This document shows positions 48,089-58,599 of a DNA stretch of 64,000 bases, one piece after another. Every line of letters starts with the position of its first letter. Positions within the stretch are counted from its first letter, which is position 1. The stretch spans positions 4,669-68,668 of the forward strand of contig CAVVQF010000006.1 of the NCBI GenBank assembly GCA_963750315.1, read 5' to 3'. The stretch is from an uncultured Alphaproteobacteria bacterium. GTDB taxonomy: Bacteria > Pseudomonadota > Alphaproteobacteria > Sphingomonadales > Sphingomonadaceae. Made by a program: the position numbers and the translations under genes. The notes under the pieces were generated by a model. It saw nothing but the letters and a program-made list of their open reading frames with translations. It searched no databases and had not been told where the DNA came from.

Positions 48089-49852
48089 GTGCTCGACCGG
48101 AACAATACGATCGTGGCCGACCTAGCTCCCGCAGGTGGCACAGCAACGTTGGACTCGCTTCCACGCCGCATCGCAGACTTTGCGACGCTTGGGGAAGCCC
48201 TCGACTATGCTGCTCGCGGTCGCCGAGGGATGAATTTCCACGATGCGCGCGGCCAGCTAACCCGCGCCTATCCATTCTCCGAGCTGCGCGAGGACGCGCT
48301 TGCCAATGCGCAGCGGCTCATGGCGCTTGGCCTGAAGCCCGGCGATCGGCTCGCCCTTGTCGCCGAGACCACGCCGGAGTTCGCGGCCTGTTTCTTCGGT
48401 GCGGTCTACGCGGGCCTGTGGCCGGTGCCGCTACCTTTGCCGACCAGCTTCGGCGGGCGCGAAGCCTATGTCGAGCAACTGAAGGTCATGCTGACGAGCA
48501 GCGATCCGTCGCTGTTCCTCTGCGCTCCGGAATTGCTCAGCTATGCCGAGGAGGCGGGCGCAGCGCTCAACATCGCCACGCGCGACTGGGACAGCCTGTC
48601 CGAGATCGAGGCCGGCTCCGCTGACCTTCCCACGCCGGACGCCGACGAGGTCGCCTACCTTCAATATTCGAGCGGATCGACGCGCTTCCCGCACGGCGTA
48701 GCGGTCACGCATCGCCAGCTGCTGTCCAATCTCCACGCACACGGCGTAGGCCTGAAGATCGAAGATGCCGATCGCTGCATCTCGTGGCTTCCCTGGTATC
48801 ATGACATGGGACTCGTCGGTTGCATGCTGTCACCAATTTCGCTGCAACTGTCGGTCGACTACATGAAGACCGAGGATTTCGCGCGCCGACCGCTTGCGTG
48901 GCTCGACCTCATCACCCGAAATCCGGGCAACAGCGTCAGCTATTCGCCTACGTTCGGCTACGATATCTGCGCACGCCGCATGTCGTCGCAGACCCGCGCG
49001 GAAGATCGTTTCGACCTGTCGCGGTGGCGGATCGCCGGCAACGGCGCGGACATGATCCGGCCCGACGTCATGCAGGCGTTCGTCGATGCCTTCGCCGACG
49101 CGGGCTTTCAGGCTGCCGCTTTCTGCCCGAGCTATGGCCTCGCGGAGGCAACGCTGGCCGTTTCGCTAATGCCTCCGGGCGAGGGCATCCGGCTCGAACT
49201 GGTTGAAGAAACGGTGCTCAACGGCGGCAACAGCGGGCCGGATGGCCGGCCACGACGCTACCGAGCGATCGTCAATTGCGGCAAGCCGGTCGAGGGGATG
49301 GAGATTGAGATCCGCGGCGACGACGGCGCAATTCTTCCCGACCGTGGCATCGGCCGTGTGTTCGTCCGCGGCACGTCGGTCATGCACAGCTATTACCGCG
49401 ATCCCGAAGCGACCGAGGCCTGCCTGAAGGACAATTGGCTGGATACCGGCGACATGGGTTACATGTCCGGCGGCTACATTTTCATCGTCGGCCGGGCCAA
49501 GGACATGATCATCATCAACGGCCGCAACCACTGGCCGCAGGACATCGAATGGGCGGTGGAGCAGCTTCCCGGCTTCAAGTCCGGCGACATTGCCGCCTTC
49601 GCGATCACCGGCCCGTTGGGCGAAGAAACGCCTGCCGTGCTGGTTCATTGCCGGGTATCGGATCCGACCGAGCGTGGCCGCCTTCGCGACGATATTCGTG
49701 AGCGGGTGCGCGCGATCACCGGCATTACGCCGATCGTCGAGCTGGTGCCCCCGAGGTCGCTGCCCCGCACCAGCTCGGGGAAGCTTTCGCGGACCAAGGC
49801 GCGCAATCTCTACCTATCGGGCGAGATCCAGCCTTTCGACATCGCTGCCTGA
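48089..49852 (+). CDS. Fatty acyl-AMP ligase
   Basis: YLQYSSGSTRFP, SWLPWYHDMGL, PSYGLAEATL, LDTGD, GRAKDMIIINGRN, PRTSSGKL. Confidence 0.92.
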   Translation: MLDRNNTIVADLAPAGGTATLDSLPRRIADFATLGEALDYAARGRRGMNFHDARGQLTRAYPFSELREDALANAQRLMALGLKPGDRLALVAETTPEFAACFFGAVYAGLWPVPLPLPTSFGGREAYVEQLKVMLTSSDPSLFLCAPELLSYAEEAGAALNIATRDWDSLSEIEAGSADLPTPDADEVAYLQYSSGSTRFPHGVAVTHRQLLSNLHAHGVGLKIEDADRCISWLPWYHDMGLVGCMLSPISLQLSVDYMKTEDFARRPLAWLDLITRNPGNSVSYSPTFGYDICARRMSSQTRAEDRFDLSRWRIAGNGADMIRPDVMQAFVDAFADAGFQAAAFCPSYGLAEATLAVSLMPPGEGIRLELVEETVLNGGNSGPDGRPRRYRAIVNCGKPVEGMEIEIRGDDGAILPDRGIGRVFVRGTSVMHSYYRDPEATEACLKDNWLDTGDMGYMSGGYIFIVGRAKDMIIINGRNHWPQDIEWAVEQLPGFKSGDIAAFAITGPLGEETPAVLVHCRVSDPTERGRLRDDIRERVRAITGITPIVELVPPRSLPRTSSGKLSRTKARNLYLSGEIQPFDIAA

Positions 49853-49905
49853 GAACAACCGTCGGCGTCTCGCGTTGAGCCTGCTCGACCGAAGGAGCGC
49901 GGCTG

Positions 49906-50346
49906 TTGTCTGATGAAGTGATCGTCGTCGATCTCGGTCTGCAACTGGCTGCGGTTGCGGGCTTCGTCCTGCTCATGGTCCTTATCCACAGTTCCGGCCT
50001 GGTCGGCATTTCGAAGGCGCTGCATCTTCACGACGAGAGGTCCATTCCGAACGAATTCGGGCTTCGCGCAGCGGCGCTGATGGGAACCTATGGCCTGCTT
50101 CTTTTCGTGCTGCACTTCATCGAGATCCTGATCTTCGCGGTCTTTTTCAGATACGTCGGCGCGCTTCGGTCGATGGAAGAGGCGCTCTACTATTCCGCGT
50201 CCTGCTACGCGACGCTCGGTACGGCTGCATCCAACTTCGCCGAGGAATGGCGGCTGGTGGGCGCACTCGAATCGCTGATCGGCTTCGTGCTGATCGGCTG
50301 GTCGACCGCCTTCATGGTCCGGACGCTGCGCAAGATCATCGACTGA
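49906..50346 (+). CDS. Ion channel (K+ channel pore-like) small membrane protein
   Basis: TM helices, ALYYSASCYATLG pore helix, WRLVGALESLIG. Confidence 0.75.
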   Translation: MSDEVIVVDLGLQLAAVAGFVLLMVLIHSSGLVGISKALHLHDERSIPNEFGLRAAALMGTYGLLLFVLHFIEILIFAVFFRYVGALRSMEEALYYSASCYATLGTAASNFAEEWRLVGALESLIGFVLIGWSTAFMVRTLRKIID

Positions 50347-50394
50347 CGCGGCCTTGCGCCTGCCGCGTTCGCCGCATAAGTCGCGCCACGGCCT

Positions 50395-50470
50395 AGGGGT
50401 ATAGCTCAGTTGGTAGAGCATCGGTCTCCAAAACCGAGGGTCGTGGGTTCGAGTCCCTCTGCCCCTGCCA
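50395..50470 (+). tRNA. tRNA-Trp (anticodon CCA)
   Basis: AGGGGTATAGCTCAGTTGGTAGAGCA TCGGT-CTCCAAA-ACCGA GGGTCGTGGGTTCGAGTCCCTCTGCCCCTGCCA; precedes secE. Confidence 0.97.
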
Positions 50471-50560
50471 GCCTTGAAGACTCGGGGCTGTATCGCTAAG
50501 TCGCTGTTCAGCTCCGCCGGCCCTCGGGTTCGCGGAGCGTTTTTCTATCTCGAAGAGGCA

Positions 50561-50765
50561 ATGCAGGTGGCGAAAAGCTCCCCAGGCGAATTCATCAGGC
50601 AGGTACGCTCCGAAGCGTCCAAGGTCGTTTGGCCGACCTGGAGCGAGACCGTCCGCACCGGAATCATGGTGCTGATCATGACCGCGCTGCTCGCCCTCTT
50701 CTTTTTCGCGGTCGATTCGGTCGTTCAGCTCGATCGTGCGCATCCTGCTTGGCCTAGTCGGCTAA
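50561..50765 (+). CDS. secE: Preprotein translocase subunit SecE (frameshift near 50720)
   Basis: EFIRQVRSEASKVVWPT..ET...IMV..LFFFAVD; true stop TAA near 50763-50765. Confidence 0.9.
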
Positions 50766-50788
50766 ACGAACGGGGAACGACAAGACCT

Positions 50789-51328
50789 ATGTCCCGCTGG
50801 TACATCATCCACGCTTATTCCGGCTTCGAGAACAAGGTGAAGGACGCGATCCTTTCCGAAGCGAAGCGTCTCGGCCTCGAGAGCCAGGTCGAAGCGGTCG
50901 AGGTCCCGACCGAAAAAGTCACCGAGATCCGCCGCGGCAAGAAGGTCACGTCGGACCGCAAGTTCTTCCCCGGCTATGTTCTCGCGAAGTTGGCGATGAA
51001 CGACCAGGTCTATCACCTCGTGAAGAACACGCCGAAGGTCACCGGCTTCCTCGGGCCCGGCGGCAAGCCGCAGGCGATTACCGAAGCCGAAGCCGCGCGC
51101 ATTCTCTCCACCAAGGAAGAAGCCGCCTCCGCCGCGCCGAAGCAGAAGGTCAACGTCGATTACGAGATTGGCGATGCGGTGAAGGTGCTCGACGGCCCGT
51201 TCGCGAGCTTCAACGGTGTGGTCGAGGAACTCGACTTCGACCGTGGCCGCGTGAAGGTCAGCGTCTCGATCTTCGGCCGTGCAACGCCGGTCGAGCTCGA
51301 ATTCGAGCAGGTTGAGCGGGTCAAGTAA
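50789..51328 (+). CDS. nusG: Transcription termination/antitermination factor NusG
   Basis: WYIIHAYSGFENKV, FFPGYV, TPKVTGF, KOW DGPFASFNG, IFGRATPVEL. Confidence 0.97.
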   Translation: MSRWYIIHAYSGFENKVKDAILSEAKRLGLESQVEAVEVPTEKVTEIRRGKKVTSDRKFFPGYVLAKLAMNDQVYHLVKNTPKVTGFLGPGGKPQAITEAEAARILSTKEEAASAAPKQKVNVDYEIGDAVKVLDGPFASFNGVVEELDFDRGRVKVSVSIFGRATPVELEFEQVERVK

Positions 51329-51349
51329 GACCGGCTATCCGCCAATACG

Positions 51350-51376
51350 AAAAGGGTCGCTTCGGCGGCCCTTTTT
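51350..51376. terminator. Bidirectional Rho-independent terminator
   Basis: AAAAGGGTCGC-TTCG-GCGGCCCTTTTT between convergent genes. Confidence 0.8.
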
Positions 51377-51381
51377 GTTGC

Positions 51382-51897
51382 TCAGAGATAGCTGGCAGTG
51401 ACGTCGAAAGTAGCGGTGTAGGTGCCTTCGGGCTGATCCGCCCCGACGAGGATGATCCCGCCAATGCCGAAGAAGAAATTGCGGGTCGTCGGATCGATCG
51501 TCCGGACATTCGCGCCGTCCATCGTCAGCGCAAGAACGGGGATCGAGTCACCGGCAACGCTTGTCAACGCCAGCGGCTGCGTGATGTTGACGATCACCAG
51601 CTGGTTCGGCGAGCCGGCGGTCGCGAAATAGCCGCGGCGGCCAATATCGCTTGGAAGACCGGTCACTCCACCGATCGTCGTGCGGGCGCCAGTAGCTGCG
51701 TTGATCGAGACGGCGCCAGTCAAACTGGATGGTACCACCGTGCCAAAATCGAGATCGTCGATCTTGGTCAGCTTGAGCGGCACCAGGAGCAGCGCGCGAC
51801 CAGTCGCTGGCGGGTTTGGAGCGACAGGCGCAGCGACGCCTGGTGTGGGCATCGTCAGGCCCAACGCCAAAGCTGTCAGCAGAAGGATACGCCGCAT
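51382..51897 (-). CDS. DUF4402 domain secreted protein
   Basis: Signal peptide; PLKLTKIDDLDFG; F.IGG.I.VGADQPEGTY...FDVTASY. Confidence 0.8.
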   Translation of the reverse strand: MRRILLLTALALGLTMPTPGVAAPVAPNPPATGRALLLVPLKLTKIDDLDFGTVVPSSLTGAVSINAATGARTTIGGVTGLPSDIGRRGYFATAGSPNQLVIVNITQPLALTSVAGDSIPVLALTMDGANVRTIDPTTRNFFFGIGGIILVGADQPEGTYTATFDVTASYL

Positions 51898-51998
51898 CGT
51901 TGAATCACCCTCGGCGAAATGCCGAGGCCTGAAGATGCGCAATAAAGCCTGCGTCTCGTTCAACGCATTTAGTTAACAGGATTTTTTGACTTATCGCC

Positions 51999-52602
51999 CT
52001 AGGCGGTTACCGCCGCGCCAACCACGGACCGCCTCCGCCGTGAGCGAAGGACGATTCCCGCCGCGCCGAAACCTAGAAGCATTAGCCCCCACGTTTCGGG
52101 TTCCGGGACCGCGGCATTGATGCGCGTGAACGTTACGCCAGCCATGCCCTGGTTGTTCCAGATCGATGAAGCGTTGTTGGAATCGAGCGACACGTAGTTC
52201 GTGTTGCCGCCATTGCCGAGCAGGAAGTTGATGAAAAGCTGGTCGTCTCCACCGAACGTAAAGTCGTCATTGCGGAACAAGGCCGCGACGATCATCCCAT
52301 CCTCGACCGTGAAAGAATTCCAATAGTCCGAGCTGAACAGCCAGGCATTCGCATCAATCGGATAGGCAAGACTTGCATCCGGCGAATAACTGTCGATCAG
52401 CAACTGGAGAGCGCCGCCGGTGCCCTCGTCCGGCAGTCCCAGAATCCTCCCGGTCACGGTGCCCGGAACGCCGTTAGAGACGCTGGGATCGGTCGTATCG
52501 GTGCCGAACGAGAAAGTAGAAATCTGCAGCCTGTGACGCGGTACCAGTGCAGACCAGCGCAGCGGCAACCGCCGCGCGGAGCAGTCCGAACATCATCGCC
52601 AT
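51999..52602 (-). CDS. PEP-CTERM (PEPxxWA) sorting-domain surface protein (frameshift near 52525)
   Basis: C-terminus VPEPETWGLMLLGFGAAGIVLRSRRRR; signal peptide MAMMFGLLRAAVAAALV in the adjacent frame. Confidence 0.85.
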
Positions 52603-52897
52603 TCTCCCCCCAATGACGGCGCAGTGTCTATTAACTAACCCATCCACGCAACCCGGGTTAACCGAAGGTTACGATTCGCTCCGCAAATCTGATGCAGAAT
52701 TGCCTCGCTTCGAAAGGCCGGACGCGGAGTAGAAATTCCGTCTCGCGTGAAAACTGATAATAGCCAATAAACAAAAATTAAATGCTTGAATTCATACAAC
52801 TTGCTCGTAATGAGACACTAACTTTAGTTAATTTAAGTTTGTCCCAGCGCTGACTTCCTGTTAAGCTGCCGATGACAGGGCAAAATGGGGGCGCTCG

Positions 52898-54847
52898 ATG
52901 CTGGAACTGGTAGCAGTTGCGGCGGCTTTGGCTGTTCAGGCCGAGCCGGCTGCGAAAGAGAAAAAGCACGAGGACGAGATCCTCGTTACCGGACGGCGAC
53001 TTCCGAGTGGCGCCGTAGAGGTGCAAGGGCGACCGGGCGGATCCGATCTCGTCACTGCGGCGGAGTTCGAAGACAAGCTTGCAATTTCACTGAAGGAATC
53101 GCTGGCGTTCTCACCTGGCGTTTACGCCCAGCCCCGTTTCGGACAGGAAATTCGCCTGTCGATTCGCGGCTCTGGCATCAGCCGGGGCTTCCACATGCGC
53201 GGCCTCACGCTGTTGCAGGACGGGATCCCGATCAACCTGGCGGACGATAATGGCGACTTCCAGGAACTGGACCCGTCGGTCCTCAGCCATCTCGAGGTTT
53301 ACCGCGGCGCCAACGCCTTCCGTTTCGGCGGTACGACGCTCGGCGGCGCCATCAACGGCGTGACCCCGACGGGCCGAACGCGCGGCGGCTTCAACCTGCG
53401 AGCCGACGGCGGAAGCTTCGGCACCGCTCGCGGCCAGGCGGCATTCGGATACGCCGGGCAGGCCGTCGATGCCTATGGCGTCGTCAACTTTGACCGCTCG
53501 CACGGAGACCGGCAGCACGCCGACCGCAAGGCGATCCGTTTGACTGGAAACACCGGCATCAACCTCGCCTCGAACGTGCAGACGCGCTTCTATGTGAGCG
53601 CGCAGCGATTGCGGCAGGAACTGCCGGGCGCACTGACGTACTCGGACGTTCTCAATAATCCGAAGAAGGGCAATTTCTTCGCCGACCAGCAGCGAAACAT
53701 TGACTCCTTGCGCGTCCAGAACCGCACTAATGTCTCTCTCGATTTTGCTGACTTGGAGTTCGGTGGATTCATCAACGCCAAAAAGCTCGATCACCCGATT
53801 TTCCAGGTGGTCGACGAACGCTCGGTCGACAGCGGCGTGTTTGCCCGCGCCGGTATGGAGTTCGGCAATCTCGAACTGCTGACCGGAGCCACAGCCCGGT
53901 TCGGCACGACCGATGCCAAGAGATTTGTAAACATCAACGGCAAGAAAGGCGCCCAGACCCTGGATGCCGACCGCTTCGCCCGCACGATCGATGTCTATGG
54001 CGAGGCCCGGTACGCGGTCGGAAAGACCAAGCTGATCGTCGGTGGCATCTACACGAACGGCATCCGCAGCCAGGATCAGAAGTTCCCCACGGTCATCAGC
54101 CGGGACTCTAAGTTCAGGCAGTTTTCCCCGCGCTTCGGCGTGCTCTGGGAGCCGAAGAACGACTGGCAGTTGTACGTGAACTACAGCCGCTCGCATGAGC
54201 TTCCGGGCTTCATCGAACTGGCTCAGGTCGCCGGCTTCGTCCCGCTCGATGCGCAACACGCTTGGACGGCTGAAATCGGGGGCCGCGGTACCGTTGGTCC
54301 GGCGAAGATCGAACTCAGCTTTTATCGGGCAAACGTCCGTAATGAGCTGCTTCAGTTCACCGTAGGACCGGACATCCCGGCATCAACCTTCAATGCCAAC
54401 AAGACTCGTCACCAGGGCATCGAGGCGGGTCTCGATATCAAGCTGCACGACTGGATCACCCTGCGGCAGGTCTACACGCTGAACGACTTCAAATTCCGCA
54501 ACGACCCCTTTTACAGCAACAACCGCCTGCCGGTCATTGCCAAGCACGTCTATCGCGGCGAAGTGAAGATCGGTCCGGACGCCTGGCACATTTCCCCATC
54601 GCTAGAGTGGGTACCGAACGGCGCTTACTCCGATTACCAAAACACGTTCCGCGTTTCCGGATACACGATGCTGGGGGTGTCCGGATCGCTAACAATGTTC
54701 GGCGACACTGAAGCGTTCGTGGATGTTCGGAACATCACTAACAAGCGAGCGGTCGGCGACATTAGCGCGGTGATCAGCGGTAGCGGCGTCGTCTTCTATC
54801 CGGTCGAGCGCCGAGCCGTTTACCTCGGCGTCCGTTCGAAGCTCTGA
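52898..54847 (+). CDS. TonB-dependent receptor
   Basis: TonB box EILVTG, plug PGV..SIRGSG..LQDGIP..EVYRGANA..GGAIN, barrel end VRNITNK..R.VYLG. Confidence 0.93.
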   Translation: MLELVAVAAALAVQAEPAAKEKKHEDEILVTGRRLPSGAVEVQGRPGGSDLVTAAEFEDKLAISLKESLAFSPGVYAQPRFGQEIRLSIRGSGISRGFHMRGLTLLQDGIPINLADDNGDFQELDPSVLSHLEVYRGANAFRFGGTTLGGAINGVTPTGRTRGGFNLRADGGSFGTARGQAAFGYAGQAVDAYGVVNFDRSHGDRQHADRKAIRLTGNTGINLASNVQTRFYVSAQRLRQELPGALTYSDVLNNPKKGNFFADQQRNIDSLRVQNRTNVSLDFADLEFGGFINAKKLDHPIFQVVDERSVDSGVFARAGMEFGNLELLTGATARFGTTDAKRFVNINGKKGAQTLDADRFARTIDVYGEARYAVGKTKLIVGGIYTNGIRSQDQKFPTVISRDSKFRQFSPRFGVLWEPKNDWQLYVNYSRSHELPGFIELAQVAGFVPLDAQHAWTAEIGGRGTVGPAKIELSFYRANVRNELLQFTVGPDIPASTFNANKTRHQGIEAGLDIKLHDWITLRQVYTLNDFKFRNDPFYSNNRLPVIAKHVYRGEVKIGPDAWHISPSLEWVPNGAYSDYQNTFRVSGYTMLGVSGSLTMFGDTEAFVDVRNITNKRAVGDISAVISGSGVVFYPVERRAVYLGVRSKL

Positions 54848-54849
54848 CG

Positions 54850-56154
54850 ATGCATAACGACCTGTATCGCGCGTTCTGGCGCTGGCATTTCTATGCGGGC
54901 CTGCTCGCCTTGCCGTTTCTCGTCTGGCTTGCCGTCACTGGTGGGCTGTACCTGTTCAAACCCGAGGTTGAGCGCGCCGTCTACGGTGATTGGGTAACGC
55001 TTAGCTCGCCCCGTGAGCCGGTCGCGTTCTCGACGATGATCGGCCGTGTGGAGCAGCAGACTGGCGGCAAGGTTACGAACATCGAGCGGCCGGGCAGCGC
55101 GAGAGAAAGCTGGCGAATGCGTGCCATGGTCGACGGAAAGGCGCGGACCGCCTTCGTCGATCCGGGCAACGGACGCGTCCTTGGGACAACCAAGGAAGGC
55201 GGCATGATGAAGACCGTTCGCGATCTTCACGGTCTCGCGATCACGGGCACCTATGGAAACGCGCTGGTTGAAATTGCCGCCGGCTGGGCGATCGTGCTGG
55301 TCGTCACCGGCGTCGTCTTATGGTGGCCGCGACAGGGCCAGCCGGCCATCGCGCTGCGATTACCCACGAAATCCCGGCGCTTCTGGCGAGACCTTCACGC
55401 GACCACTGGTCTCTTTGTCGGCGTGATCATCCTGTTCCTCGCCGCGACGGGCATGCCGTGGTCGGTGTTCTGGGGCGCAAACGTCCAGAAGACACTAACG
55501 GCGAACGGGCTTGGCCGACCGTCCGCGCCCGTTCCGCAGCATGGTGAGCACCAGTCGGCGGCGGCGGCGGCGCAACGCGAAAGCTTGCCTTGGTCGCTCC
55601 AGAAGGTCTCCATGCCTCACGCGCATGGAATGGGCGATGTCGGCCCTGACAAGGTCGCCGCAATTGCCGCCATCCGCGGCGTCGTTCCGCCCTATACGCT
55701 GAGCCTGCCGGCGGAGGCAGGCAAGCCGTACACTGTCGCGCAAACGGTCCAGCAGGCCGAGGATTCGGACACGATCTTCGTCGAGCCTTCGAGCGGCAAC
55801 GTGCTGAAACAAAACACGTACGATGACTTCGGCAAAGGCGCCCAGGTGATCGAATGGGGTGTCGCGACGCATCAGGGCCTGGAATACGGTCCGATCAACC
55901 GCTGGATAATGCTGGCGGGGTGCATCGGCATCCTGTTGCTCGCCTTCAGCGCCCCGGTGCTGTGGTGGAAGCGGCGCGATGCAGGCAAGTTGGCCCGCCC
56001 GCCCCGTCCGCGTGACAACCGACGCGCCAAGGCAGGCACGATGGTCGCCGCAGTGTTGGGCGTGCTCTACCCGCTAACAGGGGTGACCGTGCTCGCGGTG
56101 CTGTTGGTGGACATTGTGCTTCAGCGACGAAAAGCGCGGGCTGCGGCCGCCTGA
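54850..56154 (+). CDS. PepSY-associated TM domain protein
   Basis: FWRWHFYAGL..TGGLYLF, AFVDP..G.VLG, RDLHG, TGVVLWWP, RDLHATTG, TGMPWS, THQG. Confidence 0.9.
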   Translation: MHNDLYRAFWRWHFYAGLLALPFLVWLAVTGGLYLFKPEVERAVYGDWVTLSSPREPVAFSTMIGRVEQQTGGKVTNIERPGSARESWRMRAMVDGKARTAFVDPGNGRVLGTTKEGGMMKTVRDLHGLAITGTYGNALVEIAAGWAIVLVVTGVVLWWPRQGQPAIALRLPTKSRRFWRDLHATTGLFVGVIILFLAATGMPWSVFWGANVQKTLTANGLGRPSAPVPQHGEHQSAAAAAQRESLPWSLQKVSMPHAHGMGDVGPDKVAAIAAIRGVVPPYTLSLPAEAGKPYTVAQTVQQAEDSDTIFVEPSSGNVLKQNTYDDFGKGAQVIEWGVATHQGLEYGPINRWIMLAGCIGILLLAFSAPVLWWKRRDAGKLARPPRPRDNRRAKAGTMVAAVLGVLYPLTGVTVLAVLLVDIVLQRRKARAAAA

Positions 56155-56304
56155 TTAGCGGCGGTTGGACCCGGCACCCGCCGGGCGAGCCGGTTTCTTC
56201 TGCGTCTTCAGGCTCTTTCCAAGCTCAAGTGCCGTCATCGCAACGGCCATGATTGCGTTCACCATTGCCTCCACAAGTTCGACCGGCAGGCGACGATTGT
56301 ACAC
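56155..56304 (-). CDS. Possible 49-aa small protein
   Basis: GTG..TAA open frame MYNRRLPVELVEAMVNAIMAVAMTALELGKSLKTQKKPARPAGAGSNRR fills the intergenic gap; no clear RBS. Confidence 0.3.
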   Translation of the reverse strand: MYNRRLPVELVEAMVNAIMAVAMTALELGKSLKTQKKPARPAGAGSNRR

Positions 56305-56352
56305 CCAGGAGGCCCCGGCACCATCGCTGGTGATAGTGTGCGGGCAATCCGT

Positions 56353-56898
56353 TCAGATCTGGGGCGAAACTGCTTTCCGGTCGCGGATGTACCAGATGGC
56401 AGAATAGCCGAGGACCAATAGCAGGATCGCCTCGATCACCCGGCTTACCGTCAGCGGTCCGACGGGTGCCTGAAGCACCGTCTGCGTCACATGAAGGGAG
56501 GCACTGTGCGCAACCGCCAGGAGAGCCAGAGCAATAATCGTGAGCGCGGCCAACGGCACGGAGCGGTGCAACGTCCGAAACCGGAACAGGAACAGGCCGG
56601 CGATGGCGATCGTGAAGGCCGCGAGAGCGACCAGCATGATGTACGGGCCTGGCCGTGCCCAATCCGTCAAGCCGGCGGAATGCGAGAAATCACGCACTGC
56701 GGCGCTGACCGCCATCTGGGCGTCGAAGGCCCGCAGCAGGGTGAACAAGCCGCAGATCACCGCGATGCGGAGCCAAAACGGTCCGGCGGCCGCCTGGCCC
56801 GCGTTCGGCGATGTCCGGGAAGCCTTGAAGGCCATGAAAGCGCACACCGCGTAGGCGGCTGCGTAGATGAACTCCGGTTTCGTAAAACCCTCCCCCAA
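56353..56898 (-). CDS. Hypothetical multi-pass membrane protein
   Basis: Five hydrophobic segments; start uncertain. Confidence 0.6.
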   Translation of the reverse strand: MGEGFTKPEFIYAAAYAVCAFMAFKASRTSPNAGQAAAGPFWLRIAVICGLFTLLRAFDAQMAVSAAVRDFSHSAGLTDWARPGPYIMLVALAAFTIAIAGLFLFRFRTLHRSVPLAALTIIALALLAVAHSASLHVTQTVLQAPVGPLTVSRVIEAILLLVLGYSAIWYIRDRKAVSPQI

Positions 56899-56950
56899 AG
56901 AACCTTGCGTATGAATAGACGGACGCGTAATCCGGCCAAGCGAAAGTCGC

Positions 56951-57148
56951 TTAGCCTCGGAGGATCCCGACGAAACCCGCACCGAGCGCCATGATGCCCA
57001 GCACAGCTACGAATTCAGCTAGTACCGCCGCTCCTTCTCGGTTCCGAAGGCGGCCTCCACGCAGCGCGTAAAGGCCACCGATTATCATCAGGATTCCAAG
57101 GAACAGCGCGATGAAGCTGCCAATGCTTATAGGGTCAACGTACTCCAC
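56951..57148 (-). CDS. Small two-TM hypothetical protein
   Basis: 65 aa with two hydrophobic helices and a GGAG RBS. Confidence 0.55.
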   Translation of the reverse strand: MEYVDPISIGSFIALFLGILMIIGGLYALRGGRLRNREGAAVLAEFVAVLGIMALGAGFVGILRG

Positions 57149-57400
57149 TCACTCGCTCCACAAGGATCCTCGACTAGATCCAAACTCGTAGCAGGCAAAA
57201 ATGGATGCGTTGTGAATATTTCCTAACGCCGGTTATCATCCGCCGCCGCATTGCTTCCGAACAGGCCTTCGGCTATGGCCCCCTGCTTCCGACACATCAT
57301 CGGAAAAAGCTGCGGGAGGACGCCTTCGCGTATTCGCTTGGACCGCTAAACTTGAAAGCGGGTCTCAGGATTTTCCGGCGCGCCCCATTGAGAGAGTGAA

Positions 57401-57832
57401 ATGGCAAAGAAGATAACTGGCTATATCAAGCTGCAGGTGCCTGCGGGCATCGCGAATCCGTCGCCGCCGATCGGCCCGGCGCTGGGTCAGCGCGGCGTCA
57501 ACATCATGGAATTCTGCAAGGCGTTCAACGCCGCCACTCAGGAGCTCGAAAAGGGCGCTCCGATCCCGACGGTCATCACCGTCTATGCGGACCGCAGCTT
57601 CTCATTCGCGACGAAGACGCCGCCGGCGAGCTTCCTTCTGAAGAAGGCGGCGAACCTCAAGTCGGGCTCGAAAGAGCCGGGCAAGGTCAGCGCGGGCACC
57701 ATCAAGCGCTCGAAGCTTGCTGAAATCGCCGAGGCCAAGATGAAGGACCTCAACGCCAACGACATCGAGGCGGCAACGAAGATCATCGAAGGCTCCGCTC
57801 GCGCGATGGGCCTCCAGGTTGTGGAGGGCTGA
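57401..57832 (+). CDS. rplK: 50S ribosomal protein L11
   Basis: [48 protein letters not shown]. Confidence 0.98.
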   Translation: MAKKITGYIKLQVPAGIANPSPPIGPALGQRGVNIMEFCKAFNAATQELEKGAPIPTVITVYADRSFSFATKTPPASFLLKKAANLKSGSKEPGKVSAGTIKRSKLAEIAEAKMKDLNANDIEAATKIIEGSARAMGLQVVEG

Positions 57833-57836
57833 CGAC

Positions 57837-58535
57837 ATGGCAAAGCTGACGAAGAAGCAGAAGTCGCAGGCAGGCGCAGTCGACCGCGAGAAGTTCTACG
57901 CGGTGGACGAGGCGCTCTCGCTGGTGAAGCAGAACGCGACGTCGAAGTTCGATGAAACGGTCGAAGTCGCTCTCAACCTCGGGGTCGACCCGCGTCACGC
58001 CGATCAGATGGTCCGCGGCGTGGTCAATCTGCCGAAGGGCACGGGCAAATCGGTCCGCGTCGCCGTGTTCGCCAAGGGCGGCAAGGCTGACGAAGCCACT
58101 GCAGCCGGCGCCGACCGCGTTGGTGCGGAAGACCTCATGGAAGAGATGCAGGGCGGCAAGATCGATTTCGATCGCGTCATTGCGACCCCGGACATGATGG
58201 GCGTCGTCGGCCGTCTCGGTAAGGTTCTGGGTCCCAAGGGCCTGATGCCGAACCCGAAGCTCGGCACCGTCACCATGGACGTGACCAAGGCCGTCACCGA
58301 CGCCAAGTCGGGCCAGGTCGAGTTCCGCGTCGAGAAGGCGGGTATCATCCACGCCGGCATCGGCAAGGCGAGCTTCGCCCAGGAAGACCTGAAGGCGAAT
58401 TTCGACGCGTTCCTCGACGCAATCGTCAAGGCGAAGCCGTCGGGCGCCAAGGGGAAGTTCGTGAAGAAGATCGCGATCAGCTCGACCATGGGTCCGGGCG
58501 TCAAGATCGACAGCACGGAAATCGCAGGCGCCTAA
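57837..58535 (+). CDS. rplA: 50S ribosomal protein L1
   Basis: [51 protein letters not shown]. Confidence 0.98.
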   Translation: MAKLTKKQKSQAGAVDREKFYAVDEALSLVKQNATSKFDETVEVALNLGVDPRHADQMVRGVVNLPKGTGKSVRVAVFAKGGKADEATAAGADRVGAEDLMEEMQGGKIDFDRVIATPDMMGVVGRLGKVLGPKGLMPNPKLGTVTMDVTKAVTDAKSGQVEFRVEKAGIIHAGIGKASFAQEDLKANFDAFLDAIVKAKPSGAKGKFVKKIAISSTMGPGVKIDSTEIAGA

Positions 58536-58556
58536 TCGCAACAGGATTTGAGATCA

Positions 58557-58595
58557 GAGGGCCGGGTCCTGCGAAGGGCTCGGCCCTTTTTCTTT
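58557..58595 (+). terminator. Rho-independent terminator after rplA
   Basis: GAGGGCCGGGTCC..GGGCTCGGCCCTTTTTCTTT. Confidence 0.75.
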
Positions 58596-58599
58596 GCGC

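Noticed and set aside
50474-51328. Apparent SecE-NusG fusion ORF
   Set aside because: An indel near 50720 shifts secE past its natural stop (about 50765). nusG has its own ATG at 50789.
52602-52898. Cobalamin riboswitch or clear Fur box upstream of the TonB-dependent receptor
   Set aside because: No B12-box motif. GATAATAGCCAATAA is only a weak Fur-like match within AT-rich DNA.
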